Source of the DNA: Minutocellus sp. GHC0000111
Taxonomy: Eukaryota
Direction of reading: 5' to 3'
DNA: 64,000 bases
Assembly (NCBI GenBank): GCA_977018835.1
Contig: OZ361256.1
Span: 5,456,001-5,520,000, forward strand
Part shown: positions 48,935-58,759 of the stretch, in pieces
Layout: each line of letters begins with the position of its first letter
Numbering within the stretch: the stretch's first letter is position 1
Notes under the pieces: generated by a model
Told to the model about the DNA's origin: nothing
What the model saw: only the letters and a program-made list of their open reading frames with translations
The model's database searches: none
Made by a program: the position numbers and the translations under genes

Positions 48935-51121
48935 TTAACACGGTGTACTAATGTCGTCATAGCAACGCATTCGCTTCAGCAATGCCGCGAATTCCGCCGA
49001 CGCCTTGAATTCATCGAGCGTCGACGTAAGTCTCTCATATAATAGTTGTTTAGGAACTTGGAATGTGCTGCGGTCCACCTCACCGTCCACGTCAAAGGTT
49101 ACTCGCTCACGAGCCTCCTTGGTCGCATCGTCGGGTAGCTCGACATAATGCTCTTGATTCTCAGCAGTGAGATACCGATCGACGATATCCTTGGCTTTCT
49201 TCCAGACATGCAGTGACATCCCTCCATCCTCAGGAAACTCCTTCTCATAGTTCGCGATATCATCGTAAAGTGCAAGCTCAGAAGAATTGAATCCATCAGC
49301 ACTGGCAAAAGCATCTCGCGCCATCTTACAATTCAACATTGATTGCAAATCCACGGAAGCAGCCTTGGTGCGAACGATGAACTCGGCCAAAAGATTGGCA
49401 TTGCTTGCAAAGCACGAGGCAAACTTGTCTGCCGAAATTTCCAGCAAAACAGCGTCGCTGGTAGCCCGGACAGTGGCGAGACGAGCGCTACCGGTGATCA
49501 GGGCCAGCTCACCAAAATAATCTCCAGAGAAGAGGGATCCAATGGTGTCATGCTTCCCGTCGCAGGCGTTCTTCTCTACAACCAAGGTCCCACTGTAAAC
49601 AAAGTAAAACTTCTCGGCGGCCCATCCCTCACGGAAGACGATGGTGCCGCTCTCGTAACGAACAATGGAACTATTTTCGGCCATTTGGTGCATGTGATCG
49701 GCACCGATGGTTTCCTGGAACGGTGACTTGAGCTCGAAGAGATTCGATAGCATGTAATGCTTGATCTTGTCTTCGAGCGTCGCCTCAAGTCCAGGCGACA
49801 GCGATTTACAAAGCGTGCGGAAGCTGGCGTTGCTGAGAGTTGCGAGGAGTAGATTGGACTCCGCAGTGACGGTGCCTGAACGCGAGAGATCAACAAAGCA
49901 AGCCATTTCCCCGAATGAATCTCCAGCTCCCAACTTTCCGAGCTCAACAGTATCGGTCTGTTGATCTATGCCGCCGCTTGCATGGCCGTCGTGCTTAGCC
50001 TCCTTTCGGAGCTTGTCTCCAGCGGCGACAAGAGTTCGACGGTGCAATTGCAGCTCCTCCCGGCCTTTGGATAGGCGCTTGCTCGTCTCATAGTCGCAGC
50101 CTTTAATCACCGACCCCTTCCTCGCGCTCCTAGTGCTATGATCTTCATTATCGCTGATACCAGCGCCGGTCGAAGATTCGTCAATGATCATTTCTCGCCC
50201 TGACAATCCCTCAAGGCCCTCTTCCGCTCGAGCGATTTCTGCCTCAGTTCGAATGATATCCGCCACGCCTTTGCTCGCCAAGGCTTCGACTCGGACCTCT
50301 CCGCTAAGGATTATGTACGCCTCATCACCCTTATCGCCTTCCTCGAATATCACATCTCCTTCCTTCTTTACGCAGTAGCGGCACAGTCGCGACATCATCT
50401 CGAGCTTCCCAAAGCTGATCTCCTCGAGGATCGGTACGGTACTGAGATAGTCCGTAAGGTTGGTCTGCATGATCGATCGGAGCATGGAAATATCCAACTT
50501 GGAACCGGCGGGACGCTCAGCGAGGGGACCAAACTTGGCCTCAAACAATGGCCAATCCAGTTGCAGCAGAGTCGAGTTCTCCAAACTCTTGATACCAACT
50601 GTATCGATGAGATCCAGCACATTCTTGTGCGAATGGGGCGACCTGTTTTCTCGATTCTCCCTCTCCAACGTCTCTCTGGCATTGGATTCACCGATGAGCT
50701 TGCGAACAGAGGGCATGAAGACCATATCACCCATCTGCTTCTTGGCCAGAAACTCACGAACATTGTCCGTCTTCTTCGACTTGGTGGGGACCAGGGCGTG
50801 AATCTCCACGGCGCCGCGGCAAACTAGAAAGAACAATCGATCGTTGGCCTTGCCGCTCGCAGGTATCTCCTCTCCACACTTCACATGAATTGGTCGGAAA
50901 CAAGCGGAGAAATCGTCGAGGTCCTCCTTGGTCCAATTGAGTGTCGAGCCAGGCCATCCATTGGCGAGAAAGTCAATGAACTCCTTGTTGTGCTTCTGGC
51001 GACGCTGTGCTACAAACTTGTGATGTTGAGAGGGCGAACCTGGCGTTGCGGAAGAGGATGAAGAGGAGGAGCCATTGATTTTGGATATCTTCTCCTGGAT
51101 GCTGGCGGGGATAAGGCCCAT
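48935..51121 (-). CDS. Multi-cNMP-binding-domain protein with C-terminal RGS-like domain
   Basis: IFEEGDKGDEAYIILSGEV, GDSFGEMA, FREGWAAEKFYFVYSG, GDYFGELALITGSARLATVRA. C-terminal AKDIVDRYL...VELP...EFKAS is RGS-like. Confidence 0.82.
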   Translation of the reverse strand: MGLIPASIQEKISKINGSSSSSSSATPGSPSQHHKFVAQRRQKHNKEFIDFLANGWPGSTLNWTKEDLDDFSACFRPIHVKCGEEIPASGKANDRLFFLVCRGAVEIHALVPTKSKKTDNVREFLAKKQMGDMVFMPSVRKLIGESNARETLERENRENRSPHSHKNVLDLIDTVGIKSLENSTLLQLDWPLFEAKFGPLAERPAGSKLDISMLRSIMQTNLTDYLSTVPILEEISFGKLEMMSRLCRYCVKKEGDVIFEEGDKGDEAYIILSGEVRVEALASKGVADIIRTEAEIARAEEGLEGLSGREMIIDESSTGAGISDNEDHSTRSARKGSVIKGCDYETSKRLSKGREELQLHRRTLVAAGDKLRKEAKHDGHASGGIDQQTDTVELGKLGAGDSFGEMACFVDLSRSGTVTAESNLLLATLSNASFRTLCKSLSPGLEATLEDKIKHYMLSNLFELKSPFQETIGADHMHQMAENSSIVRYESGTIVFREGWAAEKFYFVYSGTLVVEKNACDGKHDTIGSLFSGDYFGELALITGSARLATVRATSDAVLLEISADKFASCFASNANLLAEFIVRTKAASVDLQSMLNCKMARDAFASADGFNSSELALYDDIANYEKEFPEDGGMSLHVWKKAKDIVDRYLTAENQEHYVELPDDATKEARERVTFDVDGEVDRSTFQVPKQLLYERLTSTLDEFKASAEFAALLKRMRCYDDISTPC

Positions 51122-51697
51122 GTGCAGAGTAGGTGTAGAGATACAGCACGCAATTGATACAAAGAAGTGATGGGCCGTGGGGCTCGGAGTCCTGCTCGGG
51201 GGATGATCTTGCTCGGAGCTTGACGGTGTCAGAAAAAAAATGAAAAATGTCGGAAATCGCTCATCCACGTAATGACCCGCCTCCCATATTATCGGCACAA
51301 ATGGCTTCTCGTAATCAAGGCAATAATCCAGTCACACAAATATACATACTATAAGTCGCTCTCGATGCACTTGTCCCCTTTTCTTGTAGCACTCAAGGCC
51401 CCGCATAGACGCCCCCCCCCCGTCAATCGTCTGTCGTCTTGAAAATGTGTCATCGACCTTCTCGAAGAATCCTAATTTCGCCACCAAATCATCAAGATTT
51501 GCAGTAAATACACGAACCTTTCCGTCAGCAGACCGTATCATATCATAGCTAGGCAGAAATGATAAGCCACAGGACATATTGTCGCCCGATGGTTCCGATC
51601 TATCCCAAATTCGGCGAAAATTTCCCCATCGAGAAATCGAGGAAAATAGACGAGAGCGATTATAGATTTGGTACTGATAATTGCCACACCATCACCA

Positions 51698-51739
51698 AAG
51701 GCATACCATGGAGCTACCAAGGCATACCATGGAGCTACC
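51698..51739. repeat. 21-bp perfect tandem duplication
   Basis: aaggcataccatggagctacc x2. Confidence 0.9.
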
Positions 51740-52814
51740 AATCGATCAATAGTGCCAATAGTCGTCTTTTGATGTGATCCCGGTGGATTCATTCCATGTC
51801 CTTGTCATTCATCGGAAGGGCGACGTTCCCGCTGAGATCCTCCACGAGCGTCATCACCCCCCTCCAGAAATCAGTATGTAGCCACCAAATTACCAGTACT
51901 AGCCGAAACCCCACGAAACCTTCCATCAATAGGATCCCTCATACTACCGCTTGGCGACAATGATAAGTTATTGCGGCAGTCGTACCCAAATGTGTCTCTA
52001 CTATCCCCAAATCGCCTAAAATATGCCAGCCGAGCAACAAAAGTGAGAAAAATCCAGCTCATTCAGGCTCTTATGCTTCCTTTTTCGACACGAATGATAT
52101 ATCGGAGGCATGGCAATCGGCCAAGGATACTAACGGTCGGATTTTTATGTCCTTCCCATGCAGTAGTTGCGATGACAAGTTGCTCAAGAGCAATAAATCG
52201 CTGTGGTGACGGCCCAACAGTTGCGACATAAAACCTCCACGATTCAGTCGAGTAGCCACCAAACCAACAAGAATCACCGAAACCCCGCGAAACTTTTCAT
52301 CGATGGACGGTCTTATATCATACTCGAGCGATGATGATGATTGACACGAGCAACTGGCCAGCTTTATTCCTCATCTTCCCCTATTTCTGAGCAGTGAGAT
52401 CTCAGAAATTGCGTCACCGACCTCCACGACGCATCCATACCACCCCAAACGGACCATTGGTTGATCTTAACCCACGAAACTTTGCATCATCACTCGACCC
52501 TATACCATATCAAAGGTATGGAAACATTTCAATCAGGTGATTGCATGCATATATGTCCATTTGGCATCATAATCTGTACGTCTGGGCGGTGGTCGGCGTT
52601 CTCGGCGAAATTTCAGGATCTCAGGGCCTGATATCTCGGCACTCTGGGCGAAAGTTGTCATCTCCACCACATCAACATCAAGATATATACTCAGAGGAAA
52701 GATTGAATGGCCACAATCTTGGTCGAACTCTTATTCAGTAGTTGCACGCAGAAAATTGTATTTTATGGCGCAATCTCGGGTTTCAGCCAAATTCAGAGGA
52801 AAGGATTATATCAT

Positions 52815-53360
52815 TTCTCAATCCACAGCGCAAATTGGTTCAAACGACAGCACGGCGACCCACCCATTCACCAAAAAGAGCGATCCGATTGCTACAATCC
52901 CGGGCCGGACCAATAAATTGGCAAGATAATACCCCAATACTGGATTCGACGGCAAAAAAACGGATTCTGGCGCCATTTTCAGCAGCAAACACGCAATCTC
53001 TCGATCCATGCTGCAAATTCAGTTCTATCGACTGCACGACAATCCACCCTGGTACAGAAATCGATTGAATACGCCCAACCCTGGCCAGGAAGCATTGTCT
53101 TGCGAGATTTTATCGGAAAACCTCCTTTTGAGGTACTTGGCCGATTCTGGCCCGATTTTGAGAGTAAAACGCGCGTTCTCTCGATCCACTCAGGCAATCC
53201 AGTTCTATGGACCGCACGACAATTCACCCACATACCAAACTCAACGTATTGAAATGGTTGAACCCGGGTCTGGACGGGATATCTGAGAAGTACATTTTGG
53301 GCAGTAAACATGCGTTCTCTCGACCCAGCATGGCATTTCAGTTCTATCGACTGCACGCCA
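52815..53360. repeat. Degenerate ~140-180-bp tandem repeat, 4 copies
   Basis: tctcgatcca...cagttctatcgactgcacg core near 52998, 53178 and 53317, with a diverged copy near 52816. Confidence 0.75.
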
Positions 53361-54474
53361 TTGGAGGTTGGGAGTATAGAGAGCGAATGAACACGGGTAA
53401 TGTGGGGCAGTACGCTGTGGATCAGGAGATACGCGCCTCCAAAGGCACCGCCGGGGACGATTTTGGGCTCATCTTGCGTTGTGTGGCGTGGTGGGCGAGC
53501 GTCGGTCGTCGTCGTGCTTGCATACTTCCAAAATAAATTGGTCGCAATTCAACTCACTTACCGACGACGGCCAGAGCACATTCGTGTGCCTTGCTTTTGC
53601 CCGCGGCCCCCTTTCATCACAACCTTGAGTTCTCTCTGTGGTCGGTACGTTGACGGCTTCGGTATCGGCGGTGGTGCTCTTCTGCTGCACCCATCGGACG
53701 CTCTATAATTGCAGCGTGGTCGGTGTGTGGATGGCCGGGCGGCGGCGGTCCGGGCGGAATCGGTAACCGCCGCTGTTCGACGCGATTTTCAGCGACGAAG
53801 TTTCGGGGGGTGTTCCCCCCATATCTGGCAGGACGGTGGCATCGATTGGATGCTCTTGGCCGCCGGTGCCAGGCTTACTATGTCGTGCCGTTGCTCCCGT
53901 TCGGTGTATTCTTATTTTGCGGGACTTGCTCGTCTTGTCGGCTCGGGACATATCTCCCTCTCGTTTTTCTCCGTCGGCTTTCGTCGGCGTTCGGTGTCCG
54001 CTCCGGACCTCTCGGCGCGGCCCCGACCTCTTTGCCCACGCAACACAACACATCTGCAGATCAAGAGACCGTTTGACTCCCTGGGCCAATGATTAAATTA
54101 CCAGTAAAATTGTTCAAAAAATTAGATGACGATCAGACGAGGCTCCTTCGGGTGCCCTGTTGAGCAACAAAGGGATTTACATGACGGCCTTTTTTTGGGG
54201 AAAGACAAAAATCAAACGGTTCCTTCGGACGGCTGCGTTGTGTCGGTAGAGGTCGGGGGCGGGGTCGATGTAATCGGGTCGGGTCTTGGAGATGGTCCAC
54301 GGCGTCGGCGTATAGTGGTCCGTCCTGGGCGGCGTTTCACATGTCATCAGCTTTGATACTCATCGCGCATATCTCACTCGTCATCCCCGACTTCTCTCAT
54401 CCTCTTCCGACACCCTTCTACTCTCGCAGATATTACGCCAATATCATCACTCTACCTCCACCGCCACTACAATC

Positions 54475-55221
54475 ATGGTCTGGGGAGTCGTCAAGAATGT
54501 CCAGCAATCGCTAAAGTACCGAGGAGGGTGGAAGGGCCTCCTCGAGCACATGTACACCAACGGCGACTATCCCTTCAAGTTCGGCACCCTCATGGGCATC
54601 GACGCCGCCGGAAACAAGTACTACGAGAACCGCAAGGACTATCCCTTCGGACAGCACCGATGGGTCGAACCGGGCGACATCCACAACTTTGACTCGTCGT
54701 CCATCAGTCCCGAATGGCACGGATGGATGGTATCCCAGAACGACGCCCCGCCCGCCACCGAGGACGCCCTCATCGCCGAACGGCAAAAGTCCATCCCCAA
54801 GCTGTGCCGGAGCGACGTTCCGGCCACCATGGACAGCAACGTCGGCCATCAGGAGACGCTCATGAACTTCCATCACATGCACGACCAATCCCAGGTCCGG
54901 TCCCGGGGTTACAACATTGGCAATCCCGTCGTCGGCCTGCCCCCCGGCGTCAAGGACTCGTACTACACCCAGCCCGGATCGCCGTACAATCCCGCCAGCA
55001 TCCGACCTCTTGATTTCATCGGTGAGACCGAGAGCGGCAAGAAGTACAAGAGCGCCAAGTGGGCCGATCGGTTGCAGACGCCGGAGGAGAAGGCCAAGGT
55101 TGCCGCCGAGCATGCGGCCGATGCCGCCAAGACTATGGAGGAGGTCAAGATGGCCCAGGCCAAGCGCATGGCGGCCAGACGTAGCCGTGGTAGGGGTACC
55201 GTCGTGGGTGCTGGAAATTAG
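54475..55221 (+). CDS. NDUFA12: Complex I subunit NDUFA12 (B17.2)
   Basis: GTLMGIDAAGNKYYEN...GQHRWV...ISPEWHGWM. Confidence 0.92.
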   Translation: MVWGVVKNVQQSLKYRGGWKGLLEHMYTNGDYPFKFGTLMGIDAAGNKYYENRKDYPFGQHRWVEPGDIHNFDSSSISPEWHGWMVSQNDAPPATEDALIAERQKSIPKLCRSDVPATMDSNVGHQETLMNFHHMHDQSQVRSRGYNIGNPVVGLPPGVKDSYYTQPGSPYNPASIRPLDFIGETESGKKYKSAKWADRLQTPEEKAKVAAEHAADAAKTMEEVKMAQAKRMAARRSRGRGTVVGAGN

Positions 55222-55460
55222 ATGGAAGAAGGAATTGTAAGAGTAGATAATGAGAATTCGGCAAAATAAGTAAATAGCATAGTTGGCGCGTCCAGATCTT
55301 TCTGAAGCCATTCTTTCTTTTAGGTGTGAGAGTCGCTTTTGGCTATGGTAGCACTACCATAATTGTCATAGAAAACCTATGCCATAGATTTGAGGTCTAG
55401 TGAAGGCATGTGGGTTTTGCCCAAAGACCAAAATGAAGGCATGCTATGTCCTCTACTCTA

Positions 55461-57029
55461 CTACCACCCCCTACTTTTCATCCATCCGGCAAACTTAGAT
55501 TCTCCACCGGCGCTCGACCAGATGTCACTGGGCTTATTGCCGCCATCATCAACTTTTCCGGCCTCTTCTTTTTCAACCGGGCTCATGCTTTGATGGCACC
55601 ATTCGATGACCTCCTGATTCTTCTTTTGTGCTGCCTTATGGACTGCTGAATGACCCTGCTTCTGTCGTTCATGGAAGCAAGTATTATATTTTCCCCTCAA
55701 ATACTGGCATACTTGCACGATTTTTTCTCGCTTTGGATTCACCGACATAGCAATCCAGTGAGCAACTCCGCAACCCCAATCGTTTTGCCTTTGGACGTCG
55801 GCACCATACCGCTCGATGAGAAGCCGCACCGTGGATAGGTGGGCAGAGAAGCACGCAAGGTGGAGAGGCGTCGTTCCATCTCCGGTTGGAATATCAACAT
55901 CAGGCTTTGCTATTTTGCCAGGTTTCTCGAGTAAATATGAAATCACGTCGTCTTGGCCATTCTTGCAAGCAAAGTGGAGCGACGTCCTACCATCACGCCT
56001 TCGCTGACGCCGATTGCTTGGAGTTGCCAAGTCGTCATCATCATCATCTTTCTTTTCCTTTTCATTAACATCAGAGTCAGCAATCTTATCACGATACTTG
56101 TGAAGCAGCCGCAGACAATTCAAATGACCACCTCCTGCGGCCCAATGCTCGGCGATCGATCCATTGCGATCCTGCTGATCCAAGAGCCTTCGGATGCGAT
56201 CGTTCTTTTCGGAATTCGATAGAGACGAATTATTGACCTCCTCGTCAAGTAACGCTTGGATCTTTTCAGCATCGCCATCGGCAGCGGCAGCCAAAAGAGG
56301 TGGAAGGCTCTTGCGATACGAAGATACTGCATTTGTTCCCGTCCGATCGCGGCCTGGTGGTATGTATCTCGTGGCATTTGTCGAGATTGAATCATTGGCA
56401 TCGCCCATCCGGCGTCTCTTGTTGGGAGGTGGTTGCGTCGATGCATCCGTTTCAGCTCCAGCTTCGGCTTCGGCGCCAACTCTACTTGCCTCCTCTTCCA
56501 TCTTGGCAGTCAATTCGGCCACTCTTTGCCCCCATGCCTCTATTTCCTTCTCAGTCGGCGTCCAGCTTGACGGCAAAGGTTCCGTTGCTGAATTGCATTT
56601 GTCATTCGCATCATCGTCGCCTTGCTTCGATATCTGCACATCCTGTTCAACTTGCTCCTGCTGGCCGTTGCCGTTGCAGTCCTCCCTCTTTCGTTTCCTT
56701 GCAATATTTTTCTTATTTCGCTTGTCCATGTTTTCTCTGCGCTTCCGCGCTGCCATCCGTTCCTTCTCCCTCCGTTTCAATTCGCTCTTGCCGAGCTTCC
56801 ATGGCGTGTGGACTGCATGGAGATGAGCGGCGATGCCACGTCCAAGAGCATATCGTTTGGTAGAACGAGGAGGACACAGCGGACAAGTAGTCCAACCGGC
56901 GATCGATCCGCGTCCCGAAGAGGTGGAGGTGGAGAGGCGGGAGTAGGCATCGCCTGCTTTGACGGTGTTGGGGGGTGGAAGGGAAGATGAGGTGCTCGTT
57001 GCGCATGCGCAGTCGGAAGAAGGAGGCAT
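55461..57029 (-). CDS. Ankyrin-repeat protein with N-terminal C2H2-type finger
   Basis: CPLC...HLHAVH; HWAAGGGHL, GRTSLHFACKNG, GTTPLHLAC, GHSAVHKAA. Confidence 0.85.
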   Translation of the reverse strand: MPPSSDCACATSTSSSLPPPNTVKAGDAYSRLSTSTSSGRGSIAGWTTCPLCPPRSTKRYALGRGIAAHLHAVHTPWKLGKSELKRREKERMAARKRRENMDKRNKKNIARKRKREDCNGNGQQEQVEQDVQISKQGDDDANDKCNSATEPLPSSWTPTEKEIEAWGQRVAELTAKMEEEASRVGAEAEAGAETDASTQPPPNKRRRMGDANDSISTNATRYIPPGRDRTGTNAVSSYRKSLPPLLAAAADGDAEKIQALLDEEVNNSSLSNSEKNDRIRRLLDQQDRNGSIAEHWAAGGGHLNCLRLLHKYRDKIADSDVNEKEKKDDDDDDLATPSNRRQRRRDGRTSLHFACKNGQDDVISYLLEKPGKIAKPDVDIPTGDGTTPLHLACFSAHLSTVRLLIERYGADVQRQNDWGCGVAHWIAMSVNPKREKIVQVCQYLRGKYNTCFHERQKQGHSAVHKAAQKKNQEVIEWCHQSMSPVEKEEAGKVDDGGNKPSDIWSSAGGESKFAGWMKSRGW

Positions 57030-57379
57030 GGTGTTTTGTGCTCGAATATCGCTCAACCGAGAACTATGTGCTGGAAATATTTGGTGCGAACACAATAGAA
57101 AGGTGGTGCCGATACCGTCGCTGAATCGCTACAATTGCATCAAGCAAACAAGCCCAACTACAAGTCACGTTGCAACGTCTCCTTTGGCCTTTGGCTTATT
57201 CCTTGGGGTCGTGCTGGTGGGAAAAGAGCCGACGAAGGACAGGTCATTTCATAAAAAAATCGCTTCGCGGTTGCGGGCTCTATTATCTTGGCCGCCAGGC
57301 TCTTCCCTCTCATTCAAATCAAATCTGCCTCCCTCTCCGTAGGCTCGTACCATAAACAAATTGCAGCGCAATTTATACC

Positions 57380-58432
57380 ATGTTTGTCGATCCCAACGCC
57401 CTCTCCTCCGTCGCTGCCTTCCACCGGCTTTTCCGCGCTCCAATTTTGGCGTCTCCTGCCATCCCCTCGGCTGATCGGTGCCAGCTCCGTGTCTCCCTCC
57501 TCAAGGAGGAAGTGCAAGAGCTCGCCGATTCCATCAAGGACAATGACCTCGTGGAGATTGCCGATGCCTTGGCCGACATCCAGTATGTTCTGAGCGGCGC
57601 CGTCCTCGAGTTCGGCATGGGTGGTATCTTCAAGACTTTGTTCGACGACGTCCAGCGATCCAACATGAGCAAGGCCTGCAAGACCCTCGAGGAAGCCGAG
57701 GCCACTCGCGCTCACTACAAGAAGACCAAGGACACCGAATCGTACGTGCAACAGATCTCCGACGATCAGTGGCTGGTCTACCGCCAGGGCGACGACAAGG
57801 CTCTCAAGTCCGTGGAGTACAGCCAGACCGACCTGGCGCCCATCGTTTCTGCCGGCGTTGCCTCCCCGTGTGGCGCCGAGGCCACCTTCCCCGAACCCGA
57901 GAGTCTCAACTCCGTCGCGGCCTTCCATCGGCTGTTCCGTTGTCCCGTGGTGATGCAGCCCGCCATCCCCTCGGCCGATCGGTGTCAGCTTCGCGTGTCT
58001 CTCCTCGAAGAGGAGGTTCAGGAACTCGCCGATGCCATCAAGGACGATGATCTCACCGAGGTTGCCGATGCTCTCGCTGATATCCAATACGTCCTCAGTG
58101 GTGCCGTTCATGAGTTTGGCATGGGCCACATCTTTAAGACTTTGTTCGATGAGGTACAGAGGTCCAACATGTCCAAGGCATGCGCGACGATGGAAGAGGC
58201 CGAGCGGACCCAGGAGCACTACCGTGCCACCAAGGGCGTCGAAAGTACCGTGGAGGAAGTCGATGGACAGTTCCTGGTGTTCCGGGAGGGGGATCGGAAG
58301 GTCCTCAAGAGTGTAGAGTACTCACCCGCTTCGCTCAAGAGTATTTTGGACGTCGAAGAGGAGAAGGAGAGCAACGAGAAGATTGTTGCCCCTCGGGCAT
58401 CTCCCACTTCTGTCCGGACTGGTGTGCAGTAG
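57380..58432 (+). CDS. Tandem-duplicated all-alpha NTP pyrophosphohydrolase (PRA-PH/MazG-like)
   Basis: Two copies of SVAAFHRLF...LRVSLL.EEVQEL...ADALADIQYVLSG...FD.VQRSNMSK. Confidence 0.88.
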   Translation: MFVDPNALSSVAAFHRLFRAPILASPAIPSADRCQLRVSLLKEEVQELADSIKDNDLVEIADALADIQYVLSGAVLEFGMGGIFKTLFDDVQRSNMSKACKTLEEAEATRAHYKKTKDTESYVQQISDDQWLVYRQGDDKALKSVEYSQTDLAPIVSAGVASPCGAEATFPEPESLNSVAAFHRLFRCPVVMQPAIPSADRCQLRVSLLEEEVQELADAIKDDDLTEVADALADIQYVLSGAVHEFGMGHIFKTLFDEVQRSNMSKACATMEEAERTQEHYRATKGVESTVEEVDGQFLVFREGDRKVLKSVEYSPASLKSILDVEEEKESNEKIVAPRASPTSVRTGVQ

Positions 58433-58759
58433 ATCTAGTTTTGTTGAACAAGCAAGCAAGCAGAAGGGATTTGTGTATTTGATATTTTATCCAATAAAAT
58501 ATGTAGCAATTTAATTTATTCACATCGACGTTGCTACATTTCTAAAGGGGCTGACTTGTTTCTTTAGAGCAGATAGCTGAATGAACTATGTAGCTAGAGA
58601 ACATTAGATACACAAAGAAAGCATCGGCCGGCGGCCCTCCCTCCGGCAGGCAAGCAAGTCGGAAAAACTGAACCCGGAAGAAGAGCTAACTCCCGACGAA
58701 GGACGGACCGATTTCAGCCTCATTTCTCATTTTGCGGGCACACATCTCGTGTTGGAACG

